From an uncultured Gammaproteobacteria bacterium (lineage in GTDB: Bacteria; Patescibacteriota; Microgenomatia; UBA8517): a stretch of 64,000 nucleotides of DNA. The DNA is taken from the NCBI GenBank assembly GCA_964463425.1, contig CAYXBV010000001.1, forward strand, positions 55,547 to 119,546. Reading direction: 5' to 3'. Positions within the stretch are counted from its first letter, which is position 1. Every line of letters starts with the position of its first letter. This document shows positions 50,626 to 60,614 of the stretch, piece after piece. Under the pieces are notes generated by a model, which did no database searches, was not told the DNA's origin, and saw only the letters and a program-made list of their open reading frames with translations. Position numbers and translations under genes: made by a program.

Positions 50626-51419
50626 TATATTTTTATAAAATCTGGAATAATAATTGGAGCTCCATCTTTACCTACAGGTACACCTAACTTTTCATTTGAA
50701 TGCGAACTAAAATCTAAAAACTTGCGAATCTCACTTTCTATTTTTACTTCAACCTTCTTTCTTTTACCTGGACTGTCAACGAAATTATTATGAGCCGTAT
50801 CGATGACAATATTGGGATTTTCTGAAGCGGTTTCTGTTTTCCATCTTCTTGTGGCATCTACTAATCTTGGCAAATAATCAGGAAAATTACTAAAAAACTC
50901 AGGATGTTCAAACTGTCTCTTCCTGATATCCAAAATTCTATCTAGTAAAATTTCAGATGGTGCATCTACTATAATGAAAAAATCAATTGGGATAATTGCA
51001 TCTTTTCTAATTGCCTCATATACCAAATTGTATGTATTGTGTTCGTTGTGTTCCATCAGGCCCATTTCTGCTTGTACTTGAGCATAGAGCGAATCCATTT
51101 CTATCGAGGGATCAAAAATTTGAACTTGAGACGAACTTGTTTGATCAATACCCCTGTGCCCCATTTGTTTGGCCTTTAAACCAAGAAAAGACATCTGAGT
51201 GTTAAAACATATCCCAAGTTTTGCTGGATTGTCATAAAACGATGTTAAAAACGGGTTATCTTGAAATTGTTCCTCAATAATTGTTGCTCCCCATTTTTCT
51301 CCCAAAAGAAAAGCTAGAGTTGACTTACCTGATGCCATAGCTCCAATAACACCTATCCTTAGCGAGCGAGGACGAAGCTCGTCTTCTTTTCTGGGTAATT
51401 TCGGTCTTTTTTTGTTCAT
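50625..51419 (-). CDS. Deoxynucleoside kinase (dCK/dGK family)
   Basis: IG.MASGKST, E...DNPFL..FY.NP, Q..FL, L..RI..R.R.FE. Confidence 0.82.
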   Translation of the reverse strand: MNKKRPKLPRKEDELRPRSLRIGVIGAMASGKSTLAFLLGEKWGATIIEEQFQDNPFLTSFYDNPAKLGICFNTQMSFLGLKAKQMGHRGIDQTSSSQVQIFDPSIEMDSLYAQVQAEMGLMEHNEHNTYNLVYEAIRKDAIIPIDFFIIVDAPSEILLDRILDIRKRQFEHPEFFSNFPDYLPRLVDATRRWKTETASENPNIVIDTAHNNFVDSPGKRKKVEVKIESEIRKFLDFSSHSNEKLGVPVGKDGAPIIIPDFIKI

Positions 51420-51428
51420 CTTTAAAAC

Positions 51429-52073
51429 TCAGGGTTTTCCAGGAACCTCGTGGTGTTTGCGGCATCGCGCTTCATAGAGCTCGCTTGCTCCAACAACCAC
51501 AACTGAATCATCATAATTTGCAGGTTCTCCATCTATTAATCGTTGTGTAAATGATGCTGGCCCACCGCAAACTTTACACACCGCACTGTTTTTGTCTAAT
51601 TTATCTGCTTGAACCATAAGAATCGGTACGAAACCGAAAGGTTCACCACGAAAATCCGTATCCAGACCAGCAACAATGACACGAATCCCCCTATCCGCCA
51701 TTTCTTGAATGAGTGGGACTATCTCCTTATTGAGAAATTGAGCGTTGTCAATAGCGACCAAAGAAACATCCTCCCTTAATACTTTTTTCAATTGTTCTGT
51801 AGTTTTAACTGGTGTTGCCTCAAACTCATTTCCTGCATGAGAGACAATCTTGTTTTTCGAAGACTCTTCAGTAACACAGACATTAAATGCCTGAATTTTA
51901 TAATCACCGTAAGTGGCCCGACGAAGGCGCCTAATTATTTCGTCCGTTTTTCCACAGGACTTTGGGCCAACAATAATTTCAACAGAACCCATCTCTATTT
52001 GTCTGTATTCAGAATTCTTTTCTCGTTCCAACATTTCCTTTCGTTTTGTATCAATACTAAGCAGTTCTGTCAA
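51429..52073 (-). CDS. tdk: Thymidine kinase (TK1 type)
   Basis: G...GKT, SHAG, ID.AQF, AGLDTDFRGEPFG, C..CG, VG..E.YEARCR. Confidence 0.9.
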   Translation of the reverse strand: MTELLSIDTKRKEMLEREKNSEYRQIEMGSVEIIVGPKSCGKTDEIIRRLRRATYGDYKIQAFNVCVTEESSKNKIVSHAGNEFEATPVKTTEQLKKVLREDVSLVAIDNAQFLNKEIVPLIQEMADRGIRVIVAGLDTDFRGEPFGFVPILMVQADKLDKNSAVCKVCGGPASFTQRLIDGEPANYDDSVVVVGASELYEARCRKHHEVPGKP

Positions 52074-54070
52074 CTACTAGATGTAGATTTTTCTGGAGTT
52101 GGCTTACGCCACGAAGCCCATTCACAATCAGGGTATTGAGAGCATCCAAAGAATTTTCTTTTCTTTTTAGTTTGTCTAATAATAACATCTCCCTTTTTAC
52201 ATTCAGGGCATTTCATACCTATTTTTTCAATATATTTTTCAGTGTGTTTGCAATCAGGGAATCTTGAACAAGAAATAAATTTCCCAAATCTTCCGATTCT
52301 AATAACTAATTCGCCTTCTTTGCAGGTTGGACATTTTTTCCCAAGTTTCTCAACTTCGATCTTAACCCTCTCCGCTGTTTTCTCTACCGTTTTAAGTTTT
52401 TTACCAAGGGGTTTCCAAAATCCAGCTATTAACTTTTCCCACTCTTTTTCCCCTGCGGCAACATCGTCCAAATCGGATTCCATTTGAGCAGTAAAAGTGT
52501 ATTCAAATACATCAGGGAAATTCGACAGTAGAAAATCGTTTACGGCAACCCCCACAGGTGTTGAGTAAAATCTTCTTTCTTTCTTTTCAACATAGTTTCT
52601 CATTTGAATTGTTGAAATTGTCGGAGCATAAGTTGAAGGCCTACCTATTCCCAGTTTTTCAAGCGTTTTTATAATTGAGGCTTCGTTATATCTTGGTGGA
52701 GGCTCTGTAAATTTTTGATTCGATATAACTTTAACTAAACTCAATTCTTCGTTAACCGCTAGCGTTGGCAACTCTTGTTCTTCGTTGTTCCCGGTTCTTT
52801 TAATTACCTTTCTCCATCCATCAAATTTAGTCATACGTCCGGAGGTTCTTAAGAAATATTTCTTGCCATTTGCTCCCTCAACTTCTATTGTCGTTTCGTC
52901 ATATATCGCTTCCATCATTTGGCAAGCAATAAACCTGCCCCAAATAAGTCCGTAAAGCTTTTCGGCGTCTTTTCCATATCTTCCTGATACTTCCACTTCC
53001 TTTTTCATTTTGGTTGGACGAATTGCTTCGTGGGCTTCTTGAGCAACCTTAGCCTTCGTTTTGTAAAATCGGGGCTTTTCCGGAAGATATTCTTTACCAT
53101 GTGCTTTTTCGATATATCCTCTTACTTTCTTTATTGCAGAAGCGGCAATATTAGTCGAATCAGTTCGATGATAAGTAATTAAACCTTCCTCATATAGTCT
53201 TTGGGCCACCGACATTGTTTTCTTTGCTGACCAATGAAAAAGGCTGGCCGCTGATTGTGTCATCGTGGAAGTCGTAAAAGGAGCATTTGGGTTTTTCTTT
53301 ACTTCTCTTTTCTTAATATCTAGAACTCTATATTTCGATTTTTTTAACCCCGAGGTAACACTATCCGCATCTTTTTTATTCGAGATGTCGGCTTTCTTAT
53401 TATCAACTTTGATTAACCTAACGGTTAATTTACTCTTTTTGCCACCTGCTTGAGAAACATCGCAAAAGAATTCCCAATATTCATCTGGCTTAAATTTCTT
53501 AATCTTTCTTTCTCTTTCAACTATTAATCGAACAGCGATTGTTTGTACTCGACCAGCTGATAGTCCGCGTCTTACCTTTTTCCAAAGAAGTGGGGAAAGT
53601 TGATAACCAACAAGCCTGTCCAAAACTCGCCTCGCAATTTGGGCATCAACAAGTTTTTCATCAATACTGCGTGGTGACTCAATGGCCTTGTTAACGGCTT
53701 TATTTGTAATTTCATGAAAGACGATTCTTTTTATTTTGTCTTCTGAAATTTTTCCCTTTGTGTCTTCCTGAAATAACTCAGAAGCGTGGTGTGCAATTGC
53801 TTCTCCTTCACGGTCAGGGTCAGTCGCCAGATATATTTTTTTTGCCTTCTTGGCAGCCGCTACCATTTCTTTTATGCTCTTCTCTCTTCCCTTAACGACA
53901 ACATAATCCGGCTTAAAATTATTTTCAACATCCACCCCTAGTTTTGATTTGGGTAAATCCTTAAGATGACCTGTTGTCGCCATCACCTTAAAATCCCCAC
54001 TTAAAAACTTTGTTATCGTTCTTGCTTTTGTTGGGCTCTCTACAATTATTAAATCCATGTACTTAGTCAA
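52070..54070 (-). CDS. topA: DNA topoisomerase I
   Basis: IVESPTKA, LATDPDREGE, SAGRVQ, ITYHRTD, QEAHEAIRPT, GIGRPST, two C4 Zn ribbons. Confidence 0.97.
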   Translation of the reverse strand: MTKYMDLIIVESPTKARTITKFLSGDFKVMATTGHLKDLPKSKLGVDVENNFKPDYVVVKGREKSIKEMVAAAKKAKKIYLATDPDREGEAIAHHASELFQEDTKGKISEDKIKRIVFHEITNKAVNKAIESPRSIDEKLVDAQIARRVLDRLVGYQLSPLLWKKVRRGLSAGRVQTIAVRLIVERERKIKKFKPDEYWEFFCDVSQAGGKKSKLTVRLIKVDNKKADISNKKDADSVTSGLKKSKYRVLDIKKREVKKNPNAPFTTSTMTQSAASLFHWSAKKTMSVAQRLYEEGLITYHRTDSTNIAASAIKKVRGYIEKAHGKEYLPEKPRFYKTKAKVAQEAHEAIRPTKMKKEVEVSGRYGKDAEKLYGLIWGRFIACQMMEAIYDETTIEVEGANGKKYFLRTSGRMTKFDGWRKVIKRTGNNEEQELPTLAVNEELSLVKVISNQKFTEPPPRYNEASIIKTLEKLGIGRPSTYAPTISTIQMRNYVEKKERRFYSTPVGVAVNDFLLSNFPDVFEYTFTAQMESDLDDVAAGEKEWEKLIAGFWKPLGKKLKTVEKTAERVKIEVEKLGKKCPTCKEGELVIRIGRFGKFISCSRFPDCKHTEKYIEKIGMKCPECKKGDVIIRQTKKKRKFFGCSQYPDCEWASWRKPTPEKSTSSS

Positions 54071-54082
54071 TAAAACATTATT

Positions 54083-54748
54083 CTAGACGATTGAGTCAAG
54101 TATGTCTTTTGGTTTTTGGGCAATTTGCGCCCCATTTTCTATTAAATACAGCGGTGCCGCAGAGAGAGGTGAGTCAATTGGTCCAGGAATTGCGAACACG
54201 TCTCTCCCTTGATTTGCCGCCCATGAAGCTGTTGATAAAGTACCACTTCTTCTAGCTCCTTCGACAACCAAAACAGCAAGCGATAATCCCGATATTATTC
54301 TGTTTCTCGTCAAAAAATTTTTACCCAATGGTTTAGTTCCAAGAGGAAATTCAGAAATTATAACACCGCTATTTTTTATCCTTTCAGCAAGTGATTTATT
54401 TTCTGGCGGATAGACAATATCCAATCCGCATCCCAATACCGCTATTGTTCTACCGCCTGCACTTAATGCTGCCTTGTGAGCAATAGTGTCAATACCCCTG
54501 GCAAGACCCGACACAATAGTTACTTTATTTTTAGCCAACTCTCTAGCAAATTTTGCAGCCATTCTTTTACCGTAGTCTGTCATTCTTCTTGTCCCTATTA
54601 TGGCAACTGCTTTTTTATCTGCTTTCCTCATACTCCCAGACATGTATAAAAGTTGAGGTCTTTCATTAGCGGGCAATGATAGAAGATTCTCCGGATATTT
54701 TTTATCTTGCCAGCTTGCTTTGTAAATTTTCTTAATTGTCTTGTTCAT
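54083..54748 (-). CDS. dprA: DNA-processing protein DprA (core domain only)
   Basis: AIIGTR..T.YG, VSGLARGID..AH, F..RNRIISGLS, SGTL.TA, GRDVFA.PG; upstream of topA. Confidence 0.93.
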   Translation of the reverse strand: MNKTIKKIYKASWQDKKYPENLLSLPANERPQLLYMSGSMRKADKKAVAIIGTRRMTDYGKRMAAKFARELAKNKVTIVSGLARGIDTIAHKAALSAGGRTIAVLGCGLDIVYPPENKSLAERIKNSGVIISEFPLGTKPLGKNFLTRNRIISGLSLAVLVVEGARRSGTLSTASWAANQGRDVFAIPGPIDSPLSAAPLYLIENGAQIAQKPKDILDSIV

Positions 54749-56384
54749 GAAACCAGTAATCGAATATTTCCCTCGCTATTGGTCCAGCAACTTGTGAGCC
54801 CTCGCCTCCTTTTTCTACTAAAACGGTCATCACTATTTCAGGAAAGTCTGATGGGGCAAAAACAGTAAACCATGCATGAGTGGCATCTTCTTGGTTTGTT
54901 TCTGCCGTTCCTGTTTTACATGCAACTAGAGGAGTAAAATCAAAAAAAGTATAACCAGTTCCTCCATCACTACAAACCTCAACCATTCCCTCTTTTACAA
55001 ATTCTAGGTTGTCTGTGTCTATTTTAACTTCTTCGCATTTCTCATTACCGGCAATTTTCGGCTCACATAGATACCCGCTTGATGCAATTGTTGATATGGC
55101 GGTGTTAATACCAACTGGTGTTAAAGAAAGATCTCCTTGTCCAATAGAAACATGATAAGTATTACCTAAGAACCAGCGCTCACCCTTAACTCTTTCTTTC
55201 CATTCCGGAGAGGGCACTAATCCTGAAATCTCTCCAGGTAAATCGATTTCTGTTTTACTTCCAAGCCCTAGTTTGTGTGACCACTCCACTAGTTTATCTA
55301 TTCCAACCAGCTCACCAATCTTGTAGAAAAATGTGTCTGTCGACCGAGCAATGGCTCTTACTAAATCTATCTCTCCTTCTGTTTTTCCATATTGAGTAAA
55401 GTACCAGTTAGAATAAGAAAATTTTCCATACAAAGTATCCATTGTGATCTGTCCTGTATCTTCATAAATATATTCTTCGTCTATCTCTCCTTCTTCTAAA
55501 GCGGCTATGGCCACAACTGGCTTGTATACAGACCCCGGAGCGAAACTTCCACCAATAACACGATTAAATAGCGGCAAATTCTTATCGTTTAATACCTCGC
55601 TTATTTCTGCCTGCTTATGACCATCAACAAATATGTTCGGATCAAAGGAAGGCGAGGAGTAAAGAGCTAAAACCTCACCTCTTGGGTCTGTGGAAATAAC
55701 CGCTCCTTGTTTTTCGGGTGGCATATCTTCACTTTCTACCACAGCTTTGGCAACAGCTTCTTGTAAACCATAGTGAATTGTTGTTTGAATATCATTGCCG
55801 GGAGTTGGATCTTTTTTGCCAAGAACCCTAATTTTCCGACCAGAAGAATCTACTTCTACTAACTCTTCACCATCAATACCAGACAAAATACATTCATACT
55901 GTTCTTCTAAGCCACTTCGACCCACTAATTGGCCTATTTTTCTTGCCCCTTTCTCGGGACACTGAGGATTAATGGTATCTAACTCTTCTTCGTTCACTTC
56001 ACCAACATAGCCAGTTAAATGAGCCGCGGCGGCTCCAAGTTTATAGTCTCTTTCCCACTCAGTAATCAACTCTTCTTCAGTGGCATTGCTAATGTCTTTT
56101 GTTTTTTCATAAGCAGACCCCGGAGTAAAAGATACTTTCAGTTGTATTTCTTTGTTTCCCGCTAATAACTCACCGCCTCTGGCAATTATGTTTCCTCGGG
56201 GTGCGGTAATTGGTACACGCCTAATTCTATTTCCTTCTGCTAAATCTCTGTAATACTCTCCCTTGATAATCTGAAGTTCAATAAGTCTCCCCACCACAAT
56301 CACGAAACCCAAAATAAGAACTCCTCTTAAAAACCACCCCAACCAGCTTTGTGACTTGGAGTTCGAAAGTGTTTCCATAACCAT
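54732..56384 (-). CDS. mrdA: Penicillin-binding protein 2 (class B)
   Basis: LQII.G, APRG.I, G.SGLE..Y, LFNR, PGSVYK (SxxK), STD (SxD), KTGT. Confidence 0.9.
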   Translation of the reverse strand: MVMETLSNSKSQSWLGWFLRGVLILGFVIVVGRLIELQIIKGEYYRDLAEGNRIRRVPITAPRGNIIARGGELLAGNKEIQLKVSFTPGSAYEKTKDISNATEEELITEWERDYKLGAAAAHLTGYVGEVNEEELDTINPQCPEKGARKIGQLVGRSGLEEQYECILSGIDGEELVEVDSSGRKIRVLGKKDPTPGNDIQTTIHYGLQEAVAKAVVESEDMPPEKQGAVISTDPRGEVLALYSSPSFDPNIFVDGHKQAEISEVLNDKNLPLFNRVIGGSFAPGSVYKPVVAIAALEEGEIDEEYIYEDTGQITMDTLYGKFSYSNWYFTQYGKTEGEIDLVRAIARSTDTFFYKIGELVGIDKLVEWSHKLGLGSKTEIDLPGEISGLVPSPEWKERVKGERWFLGNTYHVSIGQGDLSLTPVGINTAISTIASSGYLCEPKIAGNEKCEEVKIDTDNLEFVKEGMVEVCSDGGTGYTFFDFTPLVACKTGTAETNQEDATHAWFTVFAPSDFPEIVMTVLVEKGGEGSQVAGPIAREIFDYWFHEQDN

Positions 56385-56470
56385 ATAATACCGTAATTTA
56401 TTGGATAACTCAGTTGTTTTTTGCTATATTGCCCCTATCGATCATTAAAAAACCAATTGGAGGTGTAACG

Positions 56471-56743
56471 ATGAGTGTCGGCACTATTGTATTCATAAGC
56501 GTTTTACTTATATTGGGTAGTTGGTGCATCATATATTTTACGTTCAGGCTATGGCCAATACTTGTTAATTTTTTAATTGGGACAACTGCATTAGCCTACA
56601 TCCTCGAAGAGGGACAATCCGGTTGGTGGATCTCTTTGCCAATTATTTGGTATGTAGCATCCATTATTCCAATTGTTTTGTTAATATATGTCGCAGTTAA
56701 AATCGACCTTGAAGAACAAAACAATATTAGAAACTGGGATTAA
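56471..56743 (+). CDS. Small hypothetical membrane protein
   Basis: Three hydrophobic segments; SD GGAGGTG before ATG 56471. Confidence 0.55.
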   Translation: MSVGTIVFISVLLILGSWCIIYFTFRLWPILVNFLIGTTALAYILEEGQSGWWISLPIIWYVASIIPIVLLIYVAVKIDLEEQNNIRNWD

Positions 56744-56812
56744 CCCTAACAATTGGCAAGATTAAGCAAAGAGCTTTCAATATGTACTATAAATATTGGA
56801 AGCTCTATCTAT

Positions 56813-57853
56813 TTACAACCCTTTGGTTACTTTGATTTTCTTAAGAAGCCCTGAATCTTCTAGTGTTTTTCCACACCCCTTAGCAACACAAGCAATTGGA
56901 TCGTCAGCTATCCATACTGGCATCTTTGTTTCTTCTGAAACCACCTCGTCAATGCCAGGCAAAAGAGATCCTCCTCCTGCCATGACGATACCTTTTTCCA
57001 TAATGTCAGAAACTAACTCCGGTGGAGTTTCTTCAAGAGCATCAACAATATTTCCAATAATTTCTCTAATTATCGGCGACAAAGACTCTCTTACCTCTGT
57101 ACTTGAAAGTTTTATTGATTTTGGTAATCCAGACTCTAAATCTCTACCTCTAATTACGTGGAACTTTTCCTTTTTTGAAACAGCAGAACCAATATTTATT
57201 TTTACTTCTTCGGCCGTTGATTCACCCAAAAGAAGAGAATATTTTAACCTTGCATATTTAACAATGGCTTCATTCATCTCATCTCCAGCAATTCTCACCG
57301 AACGACCAATAACGATACCGCCCAAAGATATGACTGCAATTTCTGTTGTTCCTCCTCCAATATCAACCACAAATTTCCCACGAGGATCTTCTATAGATAG
57401 TCCAGCTCCAATAGCTGCCGCCATCGGTTCTTCTATAAGATGTGCTTGTCTAGCTCCTGCAGCGACAGCCGCATCGGCAACAGCCCGCCTTTCAACTTCG
57501 GTCACTCCAGAAGGAATACCAATAACAACTCTTGGTCTGGGAATTTTAGGAATCACTGTTCCTGATTCGTGGACTTTTTTAATATAGTGATCTAACATTG
57601 CCGCCGTAGCATCAAAATCCGCAATAACTCCATCTCTTAGGGGCCTTATCGTTTCGATGGTTGCGGGAACACGCCCCAACATTCTTTTTGCCGAAGAACC
57701 AATGGCCAATATTTCTTTTGTTTTTTTATGTCTAGCTACAACGGAAGGTTCTCTTATAACAATTCCTTTTCCTTTTACCCAAACTAATGTGTTAGCAGTA
57801 CCTAGGTCGATACCAACATCATGACTGAAGAAACCAAGAATGCGATTTATCAT
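56813..57853 (-). CDS. mreB: Rod shape-determining protein MreB
   Basis: IDLGTANT, EPSVVA, RPLRDGVIADF, IEEPMAAAIGAG, DIGGGTTE, AGGGSLL. Confidence 0.97.
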   Translation of the reverse strand: MINRILGFFSHDVGIDLGTANTLVWVKGKGIVIREPSVVARHKKTKEILAIGSSAKRMLGRVPATIETIRPLRDGVIADFDATAAMLDHYIKKVHESGTVIPKIPRPRVVIGIPSGVTEVERRAVADAAVAAGARQAHLIEEPMAAAIGAGLSIEDPRGKFVVDIGGGTTEIAVISLGGIVIGRSVRIAGDEMNEAIVKYARLKYSLLLGESTAEEVKINIGSAVSKKEKFHVIRGRDLESGLPKSIKLSSTEVRESLSPIIREIIGNIVDALEETPPELVSDIMEKGIVMAGGGSLLPGIDEVVSEETKMPVWIADDPIACVAKGCGKTLEDSGLLKKIKVTKGL

Positions 57854-57971
57854 ATCTTTATTATCCCACACAAGCTATTTTGCTTCGCGTCAAGTATATC
57901 CTTGAAAGTACGCCTTTGCAAAGCGGGAAACTCTTTCTTTTAATGCCTAATTAATGTAAATTTAGGGAGTT

Positions 57972-60038
57972 GTGATTACTTGGTTTGCAAACTCAATACC
58001 TTTTCTCTTTAATTTCCTTTTTTTCTTTGTACCCCTGGTCTTATTCCCAAAAACGTCTGAGCTTTTTGAATTCAATAAGGTTGTTTTAGTTTATGCCACC
58101 ACAATAATTATTGTTTCTTCCTGGCTAATTAAGATGGTCTCTGAGAAGAAAATTATATTCCGTCGCACAATATTAGACTACCCCATTTTAATCTTTTTAT
58201 TAATTCAATTAATTTCTGTGTTCTTCTCGATTGACGTCCATACTTCTATTTTTGGTTATTATTCTCGCTTTCATGGAGGTTTTCTTTCCTCACTCTCCTA
58301 CTCTCTTCTTTACTGGGCATATGTTTCAAATATGAACTTTTCCACAACAAAAAAGGCTGTTCGCATTACGCTTGTCTCCGCCATGTTGGTATCTATTTAC
58401 GGTGTTCTTGAACGTTTTGGAATAGATAAAAATATTTGGGTGCAAGATGTACAAAACAGAATATTCTCAACACTAGGACAGCCTAATTGGCTAGCTGCAT
58501 GGCTTACTGGCCTTATTCCCATTACCTGGATGTTAATCATCTCTGGAGGGCAAAAAAACAAGTTTCGGAATGGATTACTTGCTTTATTTTCTTTATTTTT
58601 TCTTGCACTGCTCTACACCCGATCTCGGTCTGGTATTTTAGGCTTCACTGCTTCCTATTTCATCTTTTGGATTGGTTACTATTTTATCTACAAAAACTTC
58701 AAACCCATTCTCAAATCTTTTATCCAAATCACCTTTGCTATTGTTCTTGTTACTTTAGTTGCGGGAACACCCTGGACACCTAGTTTAAGTGATATGTTTA
58801 AAAAACCTAACGTTGCTGAAACCCAAACAACGAATATCATCACTGGACCCGCTTTAGAAATCGGCGGAACAGAGTCTGGAGAGATTAGAAAAATCGTTTG
58901 GAGGGGTGCTCTAAACATTTGGAAAGGGTATCCAGTATTTGGCTCCGGTGTCGAAACATTTGCTTATTCGTATTACAATTTTCGACCTGTTGAGCACAAT
59001 CTAGTTTCAGAATGGGATTTTCTCTATAACAAAGCTCACAATGAATATTTAAATTTTCTAGCTACCACCGGAACCGCAGGTTTCTTGTCATATCTCGCGC
59101 TACTTGCTACATCCATTTATATTTTTATACTTCCCTATCTTAATAAGCATAAACTAAAACAAACCCAAAGAGACGAAAAACATCTTTTGCCTCTGGCGCT
59201 CTTGTCAGGATTTTCTAGCTTAATGGTTACAAACTTTTTTGGCTTCTCAGTAGTCCCCGTAGCTCTTTTGTTGTTCTTGTTTCCAGCCATGATGATTAGC
59301 ATAAATACAAAAAAAGACACAAATACTGAAACTCTCAAAAGCGAAAAGCCAGATATCGTGCAAGTTATTGCCATGGGCGTTGTTGCTTCTGTTGTTTTTT
59401 ATCTACTCTTTTCGTTATCTCGATATTGGTACGCAGATACACTATACGCAGAAGCGAAATTACAAAACGACTTGGAGAACTATGGTGACGGAAGAGAAAT
59501 GCTGCTGAAGGCAATAAAAATTTCTCCTAAAGAAGCTGTTTATTACGATGAACTGTCAGAGGCAACAAGCGGTATTGCTTTAAGTCTCAGCGAAGCAGAC
59601 AATATAGAAGCTGCTGAACAATTTGCCTTGACTTCTATAAGCGAGTCCAAGAAAGCAGTGGAATTATCTTCATCCAATCTCAACATTAGAAGAAATCAGG
59701 CAAGATTATTTATCAGACTTTCTATTATCGATCCTAATTATTTAATCGGAGCAAAAAAATCTTTAATCGAGGCAGTTGAGTTGGCACCAACAGACGCAAA
59801 GATTTTTTACAATCTCGGGTTGACTCTGGCTCGACTAGGCGAAACCAATGAAGCAATTGAAGTTATGGGAAAAACAGTCGAAATGAAAAGCAACTATCGA
59901 GATGCGCGTTTTGCAAAAGCTCTTCTTTTAATAGATGTCGGGAGAAACGAAGAAGCAATTGTGGAATTGACCTATATATTAGATAACTTATACCCCGACG
60001 ATGAGCTCGTTCGGCTTCAACTAGAAGAAATAAGATAA
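57972..60038 (+). CDS. O-antigen ligase-like (Wzy_C) membrane protein with C-terminal TPRs; possible pilin oligosaccharyltransferase
   Basis: R.FSTLGQPNWLA, TRSRSG, R..VW, G.G.ETF, AHNEYL; TPR motifs at the C-terminus. Confidence 0.82.
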   Translation: MITWFANSIPFLFNFLFFFVPLVLFPKTSELFEFNKVVLVYATTIIIVSSWLIKMVSEKKIIFRRTILDYPILIFLLIQLISVFFSIDVHTSIFGYYSRFHGGFLSSLSYSLLYWAYVSNMNFSTTKKAVRITLVSAMLVSIYGVLERFGIDKNIWVQDVQNRIFSTLGQPNWLAAWLTGLIPITWMLIISGGQKNKFRNGLLALFSLFFLALLYTRSRSGILGFTASYFIFWIGYYFIYKNFKPILKSFIQITFAIVLVTLVAGTPWTPSLSDMFKKPNVAETQTTNIITGPALEIGGTESGEIRKIVWRGALNIWKGYPVFGSGVETFAYSYYNFRPVEHNLVSEWDFLYNKAHNEYLNFLATTGTAGFLSYLALLATSIYIFILPYLNKHKLKQTQRDEKHLLPLALLSGFSSLMVTNFFGFSVVPVALLLFLFPAMMISINTKKDTNTETLKSEKPDIVQVIAMGVVASVVFYLLFSLSRYWYADTLYAEAKLQNDLENYGDGREMLLKAIKISPKEAVYYDELSEATSGIALSLSEADNIEAAEQFALTSISESKKAVELSSSNLNIRRNQARLFIRLSIIDPNYLIGAKKSLIEAVELAPTDAKIFYNLGLTLARLGETNEAIEVMGKTVEMKSNYRDARFAKALLLIDVGRNEEAIVELTYILDNLYPDDELVRLQLEEIR

Positions 60039-60086
60039 ACACTTAGGTCTTAAAATTTGGCCTCAAATGGGTTATAATTACTCATA

Positions 60087-60608
60087 ATGATTAGAAAAGT
60101 CGTTCAAGCAGGTGATCCCAGACTAAGAAAAGTTTCTAAGCCCGTTGGCAAAATTGACAAAAAAATAAAACTATTAATTGCTGATCTAAAAGAGACATTG
60201 CGCGCTCACAGAAACCCCGAAGGGGTTGGTTTAGCTGCTCCACAAATCGGCAAAAATCTACGAGTATTTGTAATGCTTGACGGAAAGGAACTTAAAACAG
60301 TCGTCAACCCTGAAATAATTTCCGTTACTAAAGGTAAATCAAAAGACAAGGAAGACGAAGCACTAGAGGGTTGCCTTTCGGTGCCAGACTATTACGGACC
60401 ATTAACACGAGGAGAAACCGTTAAAATTAAATATTTGAATGAAGATGAAAAAGAAATAATCGAGACCTTTAGGAATTTCCCCGCCCAAATTGTTCAGCAT
60501 GAAATAGATCATCTCAACGGTTTTCTTTTTATCGACAGACTACTCGAGCAAAAACGCCCTCTTTATCAAATCAAAGACGGCGAAGCTGAAGAGGTTGATT
60601 TTATTTAA
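60087..60608 (+). CDS. def: Peptide deformylase
   Basis: GVGLAAPQIG, EGCLSVP, QHEIDHL. Confidence 0.97.
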   Translation: MIRKVVQAGDPRLRKVSKPVGKIDKKIKLLIADLKETLRAHRNPEGVGLAAPQIGKNLRVFVMLDGKELKTVVNPEIISVTKGKSKDKEDEALEGCLSVPDYYGPLTRGETVKIKYLNEDEKEIIETFRNFPAQIVQHEIDHLNGFLFIDRLLEQKRPLYQIKDGEAEEVDFI

Positions 60609-60614
60609 CAAAGT

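Noticed and set aside
56796-57587. 263-aa ORF antisense to mreB, and similar shadow ORFs (23234-23923, 48528-49148, 17708-18205, 126-422)
   Set aside because: They lie opposite well-supported genes and have Ser/Pro/Ile-rich antisense-type composition with no motifs.
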